Part shown: piece by piece, positions 1-11,800 of the stretch
How positions within the stretch are numbered: position 1 is the stretch's first letter
How the letters are laid out: each line of letters begins with the position of its first letter
Source of the DNA: Pocillopora damicornis
Lineage: Eukaryota
Reading direction: 5' to 3'
DNA length: 64,000 nucleotides
NCBI RefSeq assembly: GCF_003704095.1
Contig: NW_020845533.1
Coordinates: 310,001-374,000 of the forward strand
Translations under genes and position numbers: made by a program
The notes under the pieces: generated by a model
Database searches by the model: none
What the model was told of the DNA's origin: nothing
What the model saw: the letters and a program-made list of their open reading frames with translations, nothing else

Positions 1-1821
1 GCTCCAAACGGCCTTTACAGTTTTGTTTGAGGTGCAGGCATGAAATTTGATAGCACGTTCCTCCCCACTCTTCACAAAACTCGTGCTAACTTCAATAGTT
101 TTGTTCATGGCGGATGCGTTAAACTTGATGGATCTTTGATTTCCATCGATACCGTAACCAAAGATAGTCTCAGCAGTTCTGTTGAATCCAGTGGCATTGA
201 ATTTTATGAGCTTCTCATTGGTGAGGTTAACGAAGGTCCATGCTGTCTCAATCGTCTTGTTCATGGCAGATACGTTGAGCTTCAAACTCTTCTCTCTGAC
301 GAAATTCAAATATGATAAGGTTGTTTCGAGAGTCTTGTTTAGGCAGTTTGCTTTAAACTTCAATCCCTTTTCACTTGTAAAGTTGAAAAAAGTCCATGAG
401 GCCTCGGCAGTTTTGTTGAGAGCACTGCCTGAGAACAACAAACTCTTCTCAGTTCTTAAATTGACAAGCGTCCACGTGGCTTTTATGTTCTTATTGGCAA
501 AATTCGCTTCCAATTTCAGGTTCCTCTGTCTGTCCGTACTCAGCAAGGTCCATGTGGCGTTCATCGTTTTGTTCAGGACGCTTCCGTTGAAAATCAACTT
601 CTTCTCATTGGGGAAGTCAAGGAAAGTCCAAGACGAGTTGATGGTCTTGTTTTCTGCACTGGCTTTAAACTTCAATTTCTTTTCGTTGGCAAGGTTCAGG
701 AAGGTCCATGTGGCATCGATGGTCTTGTTGAGAGCACTAGCTTTGAAATTCAGACTCCTTTCGTTTTCCACGTTTGCGAAGCTCCAGGAAGAAGAGATGC
801 TCTTGTTGAAAGCAATTCCCTGGAATTTCACGCTCTTTTCATTTTGCATGTTCAGAAAAGTCAAGGTGGAGTTCATCATCCTGTATCCACAGTGAGACTC
901 GAATCTTAGGGTCTTTTTGGATCCTAAGTTTAAGAAGGCCCAGGTAGCATTGTAATTCTTTCTTCCGGTACTTGCCTTGAATGTGAAGCGTTTTTCGTTT
1001 GGACGATTCAACAACGTCCAAGTGGAGCTGAAGGTCTTGTTTCCATAACTTGCGTTGAAATTTAAGCTCTTCTGATGTTCCAAGTTCAAGAAGGTCAAAA
1101 AAGAATTGATTGTGTTGTTTCCAACACAAGCATTGAACTTCAAAGTCTTCTCATTTCTCAAACTAACCAATGTCCATGTGGCATTGACGGTTTTATTTAA
1201 AGCGGAGGCTTGGAACTCTAAACTCTTCGCTGTGTGGCGGTTGATGACAGTCCAGCTTGCCTGCGCTGTTCTGTTCAGGGCGGAAGCATTGAAACGTACT
1301 CCTTTTTTGTCGCCGAAATGGAAGTATGACCAGATGATCTCGGCGGTCTTGTTCAAGGCGGTGACATTCATTCGTAATCCTTTCTCTTTCCCTGCATTTA
1401 CGTATGACCACACAGCCTCCAGAGTCTGATTCAGAGCTGTCGCATTGAACTTGATGCTCTTTTCTTGTGTTAAATTATGGAAGGTTAGAACACTTTGGAT
1501 GTTATGATTCAATCCCGAGACGTTTAATCGCATTCCTTTCTCTGTAGTGAGGTTCACGTATGACCACACCGCCTCGATGGTCTTGTTAAGGGCTGTTGCA
1601 TTAAACTTCAAGCTCTGATCATTTGTGAGGTTGAGGTACGTTAAGGCTGCCTCAAGGGTCTTGTTTAGGCCAGTTGCATTAAATCGCAGCCCTTGTTCTT
1701 GCCCAGCGTTGACGTAAGACCAGACGGCGTCGACGGACTGGTTCAGGAGGACTCCCTGAAACTTCACTCCTTTATTTTGTGTCAGATTCAGATACGACCA
1801 GATAGCTTCTGCTTTGCTTCC
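1..1821 (-). repeat. Coding tandem repeat, 78-nt / 26-aa unit, 23 full copies plus 1 partial, consensus about NKTI(E/N)ATWTFLNLxNEKSLKFNASAL
   Basis: Exact 26-residue register with no indels from 1821 to 1, e.g. NKTIEAVWSYVNLTTEKGMRLNVSGL, NKTIDATWTFLNLANEKKLKFKASAE, NKTIETAWTFVNLTNEKLIKFNATGF. Confidence 0.95.
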
Positions 1822-2808
1822 AAGCACGGTGCCATTTATTTTCATGGACTTCTCATTAGTCGAGTTTACAATACCTGTGTACCAGCTGATGACACGATTT
1901 TTGTTTTCATGCGTTCCTGTGAATTGAATACCTTTCTCTTGTCCCGCCTTGACATATGATCCACGTAGAGTAAAGGACTGCTTGCATGGGCGGGCAAACA
2001 GGCGAAGGACCCCTTCATTCTGAACCTTGAGATATCTTCCTGTAAGCTCGATTCCTGCCTGTGTTGGCTTGTTGCTGAAGCTAAAAACAAAATCATCTTC
2101 TTCCTCACCAAGTTTTCCATTGAAGCGGATCTTCGTTTGGGTGCAAGTATGATTTGCTAGGAAACTAATCCTCTTCTTTGGGACGTTTAGTTCTCCAGTG
2201 GAAAACAGGTACTTGCCTGGCCAGTACGTCAAGTTGCTAACATATCCATACGCATTAGAATTGTTGTAGAGCTTCGTCAGCTGTTTAATGGTGTAATTTC
2301 TATATGAAGCGGACAACTGGAAACCCATATCTCGATAAAGGCTATCCGCCTCCGAGTTGTTGAAAAAGTGACCATTAACAACGATTGGGTGTCCGAAAAC
2401 AGCGTCTTTTCCAGAATATGTGAGATTCACTGCGTGAGTGATGTTGTTGTAAGTTGCCTCAAACTTGCCAAAATTTAAGCCAAGAGCAGCAGTAGTCACA
2501 CTGAGAAGTTTGCCATCCTTCTTAATCCACAGAGTTCCGTTTGCCTCCAGGTTTCGCTCCCACGTTGCTCCAGGTGTGGACATTACCGCCATCACATCAT
2601 ACTTGTTATCGTCTTCAGTTTGCAAGCGTTCTGCTATCAACTGATATTTAGTGAGCTTAGGGTCTGTGCGTGTCATTGAAATACTGAAGGAGGATGGGCC
2701 AGAAAATGGGAAGTACGGTGACTCGTAGTCACGGTAAGCCAAGGGCACAGACAGCTGACTGCAGAATGTAAGTCCGAGTACACGTGTCAAATTCAGGCAA
2801 GGTGCAGG
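1..2808 (-). CDS. Giant LLTP exon 15 (936 uninterrupted codons, continues off-window)
   Basis: Acceptor tttccaacag|CCT at 2808. Manual translation shows no stop down to position 1 (PAPCLNLTRVLGLTFCSQLSVP...NKTVKAVWS). Probably missing from the ORF track because it has no stop in the window. Confidence 0.92.
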
Positions 2809-5800
2809 CTGTTGGAAACACAAAACTAGATTTTAATCGTGTAATGAAACAGTAAAAGGGAAGAATAAAAAACCTTTTAGTGCATCTGAACGATTTCAGG
2901 AATTTGCTATTTCGAATTGTTTAGGGCGAAATTTTTTCCTGAAATCCAACAACAATAAATAATTCTTTAAGTGTGCTGGATTTAGCTTTAATTCTTGATC
3001 ACACAGTTTGTTCCTATCCCATCTCATGAGACAGTTTCATCCTAACGGCTGTAATTCCGCTTTGATTCAAAGCATGTCTGCATCGTCTCAAATAAAGGTA
3101 AAGATGCATTAGCCCTGTCCTAAACTGCTCACCTCAATCCTCCTCGGTGTTCCGTCAATAGCTAGTTTCTCGTTGTTGAGAGTAACGAAAAGCGATGACC
3201 TACAAGAAAATTAAGAAATACTTAACATATAGCACCACAATCGTCACCAAGTAAGATTGCGTTTCCTACCACGATGACTGCATCATAAAACGGAGAAGCA
3301 CTTGAAAGTTTATTATTAGAATTAATAAAGTTTCCACGATCTGTTTAACCACAATCTCACTTAACCTAGATATCGTTTCGAAAAAGTGAAATAACGAAAA
3401 GAAAATTTTAGTTTTGATAATATTCTTAATAATAATATTAATAATAATAGGCTTTACTTACGATACGTTGACAAACTGAACAGGCTCCTCTGGGACACCC
3501 AGTTCAAACTTCAAGATTTCTCCTTGAGCATAGGATGCATTTCCCTTGAGATGTGTTACCGTGTACAAAGAGGAATTGACAAGAACGCCAGCTTCAGCAT
3601 ACACTGCACTCACTCCCATACGGCCACTCACGTCCACAATAGCACTAAAAAATAAAAACGCCATCGACAAGTGAGACACGCTTAAGGAAAGAAGACTGCA
3701 TAATGGCAGTACTACCGTAAGGCTGAGGTAGAGTGACTTCTACTCCCAGGTCGGATGAGCAATTCCCTTTTATCACTCCCTCATTCTTATGCTTCCCTTC
3801 GTTGTTAACTATGACAACATGGGAGAAAATCCGAAAAATATATATATATATAGCTTAGATGATACCACACCTGTGGCATCATTCGGGGTAGCTTAGTGCT
3901 GACACCTCCTTCCTGGCATCAGCACTGCACTGGTGAGGCCCAGAAGGCTGAACCAGTACAGTCTGCAGTTATATATATATATATATTTAGTATGTATGTA
4001 TATATAAATATATAAATAAATATATATATCTATACGTAAATACAATAAACTAAGGTCAACTCTTTGGCTGTTTACCAGGCCGATCCTAAGTTTATCTTCT
4101 GTGCACCAAAACGCTTTCGGTAATCAAAAATAAACACATCTACTTTTAAACTCCAATCGTCGTAACAGAAACATTAAACTCTGTCCTAAATTATTTTACC
4201 TGGGTTTGACATGGCCACGTATATCAAACCGCATCTTTCCCCAGAACATGTTCCTGATGTCAAACTTTCCGGCGAGTTCTACAGAGGCCACCGTGGTTCC
4301 CTTGGCACTCATTTTAAGCGGCAGACCGAGGATGGTAGGGACTGTAGTCTCAGCGTCCAAGAACATCATGCTTTTACTGAAGCTCTTTTTGCCACCCTTG
4401 GCTAAAGCAATTAATATGTCGATCACGTTGATCTTGTCTACTTCGTCATTTAACCAGCTGATGTCGTCAAAGCTGAGAAGTCTCAATTCGTTACCAAACA
4501 TCTTCACAGAAACAGCCCCAGAAGGATGATGCTTACGGTTATCCATCTACAAACACGTAACGAAATATGAATCAGTTGAGATGAATAAGCATACTGATGT
4601 TAGGGTGAAAAGGGTTAAGATGTAGTCAATCTCTAAGCTATCGTCTCATATCACATTTTGTTGAATGTGTTTTTTACGATTCTACACGTCCTTAGAAGGT
4701 GAAAACTGACAGGCCAGCATTATAATCTCAACATTAATATGCACCCTGCATGACCACAATGTGCTTAGTTCCTCAAGCTTTTTTCTCCTTTTCACTTTTC
4801 TTCCGATGAAAACATTATAAACCTTATTTTCTATCAAAATTTTACAATCAATCTTTAACCAAAAAAAAAAAAACCAGAACTGTGGCCGTATACACAGTCG
4901 TAACAGTGGAAACCACATTACTTCTCATACATTGATAACAAAAAACACGAACTTACCATACGGTGCAATTTGTTCAAGTTATGTTCCACCTTGTTTAAGT
5001 CCTCGTTCAAGCTCCTCTTTTGTTTGTGTTTCCAAGTCTTTACAGTTCTCTCTTCCTTATCCCTCTCCTCGTGGGGCTTCAGGTTGAACATCTGCATAAT
5101 GCGGTCATCAGGGAAATAGCCGTCTTCTCCGAAAAACTGCTCGATAAGAATCTCAAACCCTTCGAAACGTGCACCTGCCTCCAGGACATTGATGGATGCA
5201 CCGAGGACGTCGACGGTGACGTTCACCATGGCGCTGCGTGGGAAGAAACTGGTAGGGTGGTAAATAAGGTGGCTCTGAGCCGATCCACCGAACCTCAGGA
5301 CATCTGTTAAATATAACCACAAGAGACTTGAAATTATGTTTAGTTAGCAAAGTTTTGAGAACCTTCATCTTTATACAGCTGTAACGCCTGAGAACGTGTT
5401 AGTTTGGAGTATTTGGCATTACAACAACTTCTATTAAACCTTTAACTCCTGAGAGTGATAAGCATCTAATTTCTCCTCACAGTATCACCCCTAAATCAAA
5501 CATTAACTTCATGAAAATAAGGGACATGATCAGAAACTCAAGAAGCTCTCGATTGTTAGACAAATTCTCTTTGCAAGCTCCATAGAAAATGTATAAAGAA
5601 TATGGAGAACATGCATACCAATATTGGGGTGTCAAGGATTTATCCGATTGATATCTATCTTTACTTTCGTCAATTATCTGCTTGATTTTCTAGAGAGAAA
5701 TTCTGTCTTCTTCACACATGCAATATGATCTTACCGCTGTAAAATGAACCTTCCCAGGCACGTGAAAACCTTAGCCTATTCAAGTTGAACTCTCGAAGCC

Positions 5801-8800
5801 TCATTCCATTGAGGGCGTCTTTCATTATTTCAGCTTGAGGGAGACCATGAACTGGCTCAGTGGAATCCATGGCGTTAGTCATGTGGGACCAAACAAAAGA
5901 ACCAACTTGATTGTTCACTTCATGCTTTAGGATTTCGGCGATGCTCCTGAACACCTCTGGACTCGGGCACTTCGTGAGGGCAAGATACGCTGCGATACGG
6001 ATCTCGACATCCACATTAAACTCTTCATAGATCTGCAAGACCTGGTCTGTCATCTGCTTACTACAAGGCAAGCGACGCAGGGCCTCAAGAGCTGCGATGC
6101 TCATGTTCACGGGTGCTTCTAAGTTCCAGGCACATCTGAGCAAGACATTTTCGGCGTTTAAAGGTCGACCGGCGTTTCCTATAGCTTTCAGGGTGATGAT
6201 AAAGTTTTCAAAATCTTCGGGTGTTTGGCCCTTGCATTCTTGACCCAGACGGGACAGGAAGAAGTTTTCAGCCTTTGTGATGGGGTTTTCTCGATCCTAT
6301 AAGGAAAATTAAAATTGATTATGTCAGAACTCTTTCATCAAAGCTTTTCGATAGAAATAATAATAATAATAATAATAATAATAGTAATAGTTGTAATCAT
6401 CATCATAATCATAATAATAATAAATGTAACTGAATACGCGCTTTCAAGTAAAATGTTTCAATAACATTTAAGTCTCAGTAAAGTTTAAATGCATAAAGCA
6501 AACATAAGGACAACCAAAGCTAAAAAAAAAAAAACCAACTTAATATAAGTATTGCGCATACGTTAATCTAAGAGTGCACATTTTGGGGGATGCTTTAAAA
6601 CTCAACTGAAACCCTTTAATCCCTATGATCCACTTAATAATTCTCCCAACTTACTGCTACACTTTTCCTAGTAAATTAAACCGGAGAAGATGGTCTTATT
6701 CCAAAATAACGCCCCTTAGCTGATAAGCTGGTCTGTCATCATAAACTGTTTACATGATAACTTATTGAAATTGCTCGGAGAATTTGCGTATAAATCTTCT
6801 AACCCTTTAACTCCCAGAAGTGATAAACATCTAACTTCTCCCTAAGATATCCTTACGTTATCCAGCCAACAGGTAGTGAGAATACTCGAACATATCAAAT
6901 AGAAGTTGTTGTCTTGGTCTGACACCAAATTCTCGCAATTGGTTTAAAAGGAAATATTTGGTGGCTGGAGGGGAGAATTGACTATTATATCTGGGAATTA
7001 AAGGGTTAAAGCTTTTACCAGACTGGTACAGTATTACAAGCTTTACCTGATCATTACAATCCTGCGGCTTGCTCTCGCAAACTTTGTGAATGAGCGTTCC
7101 GAGAGTCAACATGGCGGTTCTTCCAGGGTTCTCCTCACACAGCTCTAGCACGTGCTCAATTGTTTCCTTTGTGGGATTTGCTGCCATAGCCAATCCCGCC
7201 AGAAACATGTTGCCACGCTCATGGTTGACCAGCTTGTTCCTGATGGCATTACTCATGACCTTTGCGCATCCTCCTGTACCACAGTGAGGCAGAGCATCGT
7301 AGAAGTATTCGCTGAAAGAAAAAAAAAGGTCACGTCAGTAAATGAAATTGTCATGTTTTTTCTCAGTAACTGAAGCTTCGACTGACAAAAATGAAAAAGC
7401 CACTCTCTTGTAATCTCGCATCAAGCTGAAAGTGATCATGCTGTAGTTTGTCACATTACAAAAGAAAACTTAAGCCTGCAAGTCAAGTCCTCTGAATATG
7501 GAGAATATTCAATTAAAAATTTATTGAGATTTGATAACGGCTGCCAAAGCCTCTATGAATAAGCTTGGAGTTGTGTGATCACTCAACTACAATTCACTGA
7601 AAAGCATTTCCATGTGATATTTCTTTATCTAACGATGCTGCCGAAACATCAAGATCAAGCCAATGGACCGTATTTCCCCGTAGCGAAGAAGCAAATACAC
7701 TTACTGCATTTTAGGATCTTCCTCGTTGTGGATTTTCTGCCACAAAGTTTCCATGGCTGGCGTGCTAAGCTTGCGGATGCTGAAAACAAGGCTAGAGAAG
7801 TGCTGGGCCGACTCAGGTTTTGTGGAGTGTTTTGACTCCTTGCTAAGGCGGCTTGCCAAGTAAAAGGCATCAGTAATAGCTTCTTGGTTAGACTGTGGCT
7901 GAGCATGCGCATACTTCAGTGACACAGGGCGAAGTCCCTCTAAAATGTAATGAAATCAATTTTTTTTAGAAAGCAAAACCTGACGTCCAATTTTAAGGCA
8001 CAAGTTAAACTTTTCACATTTATGTTTTGTAAACGTGATTGAGAGCTTAAGATAGGAGACTGTTACAATTAGCTTTTGTTTTCTCTTTTGGAACGCTACT
8101 CTTGAAGTTGCATTATTTTAAGTATTTGATTCTTCAGCATGTGTGTTGCCATTTAAACGAAGTCTGCTTGTCTAATAATGGCTTTGAATAAAGGAAAAAG
8201 GAAAACTTCATCGCAACAATCACGATTTCATGCATCTGTCTATCACATCTACTTCATGTTTACAAACTTCTAACGTAAAATCCGTGCATGAACTTAGGAT
8301 TGCATACTAATTACAGAGCTGGAAAACAGAGAGTACAAAAATCAAAATAAACCACCTACCGAGAGGTACGTTAGCTTCAGATGCGGGAAGGATAGACTGC
8401 AATTCCAAAACTTGTCTATAAGGGAAAGAAAATATATCAGCTCTCGAAAATTCTTTTTATTTATTTTAGAGAAGGAGGATTTTTTATAGAGTACAAGTAA
8501 TCAGAAGCTATGAGATGAAAAATTGACTATTCTTGTCAATCGTACATTTTGAAGTACATGCACAAATTGGGAATAGCTTTACATCTCAGACAAAACAAAA
8601 CGAGTCCATTGTACCTTAAGTATTTTCGTATCACAAAAAATATCTCCTACCTTGTTCTGGTAATTGCTCCAGAAGCGTTTTTGTAACCACCAGAGAATGG
8701 ACGGAAAAGATGTTCCTCTTCACACACTACCCTCTGGGTGCGTTTTTTAGCGGTCAGGTACAGCTTGCATGTACTGTTTGAATGCAGTAAGCTGATGGGC

Positions 8801-11800
8801 TGAAAACAAAGGAGATGGTTATGCTACGTCGAAGAAAGGGTATTTAATACATGGCTAAACCATAAGCGTCTCTAAGTTTCCTTAAATATTGCGTGACTAT
8901 AACGGTAAGAGACACTCTACGTCGGACGGTATTCCTTCGGTTGTTATGCAATCCATATCACACTTTCATCGTCATTTTGCCAATATGCTCACGTAACTGA
9001 GAAACGATCGTGACTATACTCTAACTATGATTATATTTATTGTAACGTAAAATTGTCCCTCTTTTAATCATGATCTGAATTTGAACTTAACAATCCCTTC
9101 TGACTTTCGAGATTGCGCTTGTCTCTAAGTGCCTTAAATTCTACTTGACCTCTTGAAATCAATGACAGAAGAACCTCTCTGTTTACCTTTTCTTCGTAAG
9201 AATGGACGTGAATGCCGATGTCGGTCTGTGCACGATCTGTGCACTCAGTAAGATTGCGTGTCTTGTACACGACTTTCGGGCGTCTGCTCAGATGCCGAGA
9301 TTTAATCTCGTAGCGCACCTTGCACTTACCAACGACATCGTCCTAAAATACAAGACAAAGAACTGAAAAGGTTAATCTCCCTTATACATACAGTTTAATC
9401 AGAAGGGAAGCCTTGGGGACAATATGTCTCAAGGACAACAGGGCCCCTTTCACAAGATGCGCCATGACGTCCTCTAAGCTTTTAGGCCAACTAAGAAACT
9501 TTCATTCGGGAAGTCGATATTTTCAAACAACATTATCGATTCAACGAAAGTACAAGAGGAGCAACCAAAGGATAAATAATCAGCCAAACACATACAAAGA
9601 GAGTAAAAAAATTTGACAATAAAGATGTGGTAGGATCATCCTCTACAAATGCACCAATAATCTATCTATTCAACTCTCGTGAGTGATCAAAATAGAATTT
9701 CTCCTCACCACATGAATACAATACCAAGCAGGCAAGTGATGAGAATTAGGAAGAATGTAATTCAAGAGATCAATATTTGATCCAAAACCTAATTCTCCGA
9801 ATAAAAATCATAACAATTGTATGGCAGACAGTAAGGAGAATAACTAATGAGATTTTGGTGATGCAAGGACTCAACTTAGGATTTATTTCTTTAATGGTGT
9901 GCAGTTTCGTGTAAAAGCTTACACCCCATTCAAACTGACATACTTCACCGTTGAAAGTTTAACTTTTCAAATATTTGAGAGAAACACGGAAAAGTAGATT
10001 TAGTCAGATTCGATTCCAGCGCGACTTGTTTGTAAGAATCAGCATAAAGAAGATCTTACCTCCTCTAAGGTGGCATGGTCGTCAACAAACTGCACCTGAA
10101 ATGCACTGAGGATACCTCTCTTGATGTTCAAGACGTGAGAGGGCTCCTCTGGATGGGCGAGGATATTTGTGATGCGTCCCGCATCCATTCTGAAAACAAG
10201 GTCTTGAGCTTGAAGCTCTTCAGCAAAAGCTGTTGATCCCTGGGATATCTGATAATCCAAGGGACCTGGGTTCTTGCTCTGGGCTTCCCAGAGCTCAACT
10301 GTGTCGATCTGGAGAATAAACAGGTTTGACAAGATTTTAACCTCAAGCAGGAACTTGTTTTTTTGGCTGAAATAAGTGGGCAAAGTGGATTTCAACTTTA
10401 GATCCCTGTGTTTTGTTAAAAGTAAGAGATAAGTTGTCGTAAGCAAACTAAACCTGGAATACATTAGTCCTTGAATTTTGATTTTTTTCCAAAACCAACG
10501 CCCCCGCCCCCGTCCCACCCACCTTGGAAAAAAATTTTTTCTGGATGCTCCAGCATGTTGCCAAAGAATATTTTTTTTGCTATTTTCAACGCGCGAAGAA
10601 AGCGTCTGATAATATGAGTCAAGTCCACAAATTACAATGCAAACTTTATGACAATTAATCACCAAAGGAAAACGTGAGGAATTCGTCGAAGAGGCGGTCT
10701 GGCACGCAAGATGGTAAATATGAGGGAATTTTGGGGGTACAAAGTGCACTCTTAAAAAGGTTTTTTCCCAATTTTCTCGCGTTTCAGCGTCGTTGAGTGG
10801 GAGGTGACGGTACGCTGATATACAGCTGTTTCATCGGGCAATTGATTGGTCACAGTTTGAGAAGGAAATAAAAAACCTTATTCTAAACCAACAAAAGAAG
10901 CACATGACTACTCGGGTCTCAAGTGTGAGGAATGTTTTTTTAACATATTGCTCGCCAACTTTCGTGAGATTTCCGCTTTGCTTGTAATGAACTATTTCAA
11001 GACTTGAAAACCTTCGAGGTGGTCATTGGTTACTTAAGAATATGGACTACACAGTTCTTGTTTAGTCTTTCAGCAACAAGTTTCGTGCTGCGGTTTAGTG
11101 GAATCTACATTTCTTTGCCTAGGCGCTTTTCCAAGGTCAAAATTCTTACGGGAAGCGATATGTTTGTGGAAGGTCCGATTGCATACAGGATATGACTTAA
11201 AATTGGATATCACCACCAACTGAACATTGAACCTCGAAGAAATCAGAGACAAATGAGCATTATAATTATCTTTTTTTCAAAACGCCGGATGTAATCTGAC
11301 TCGGCATGCAATTAGCTGCGTAATGAATCCCCTAGACTTCCATTTGTTGCGTTTCTCCCACAGTTACATTCGCTCTTACTGATGAAAACAAAAGTATTTT
11401 AATTGTCGTTAAGCTAAGCATAAGTTTTCTGCAATTGTATGATCAGTGAATGTTGAAAATCGATTCCTGTCAACCTCATCTTTTCATCACATAATGCTGC
11501 ACGTTTCCGATACGGGGAATTTTAGTACTCGATGCATGTTCAGTCTGAAGGTAACGGTAAACAAGAAAAAAACACTCGAGTCTATCTAATGGCTACAGAA
11601 ATCCTCTAGGGTATTTCCAGATCGAAATATTCAATTCGTAGACAAGTTTATGCGACATAAAAAGTAAGCTTCTAGTAGGTTCTCAATTCTCTCGCGCGCT
11701 TTCTCACGCGCAGTCTTTCAAAACCAGCTAAAAATAATCTTGTGAAACTCGACTTTGGACCGGTTAGCCAGGTTTACATTAACATGATTCCTGCACCTCT

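Noticed and set aside
1-1821. Regular 78-nt periodicity as a CRISPR-like or non-coding array
   Set aside because: No invariant repeat with unique spacers; variation is codon-structured inside a eukaryotic exon.
40-1959. Plus-strand ORFs 40-315, 182-895, 1106-1429 and 1693-1959 with periodic hydrophobic sequence
   Set aside because: Antisense shadows of the repetitive LLTP exon; the minus frame is fully open and splices in phase.
10309-10749. N-terminal part of the 236-aa ORF 10039-10749
   Set aside because: Intronic read-through; homology and the acceptor site begin at 10308.
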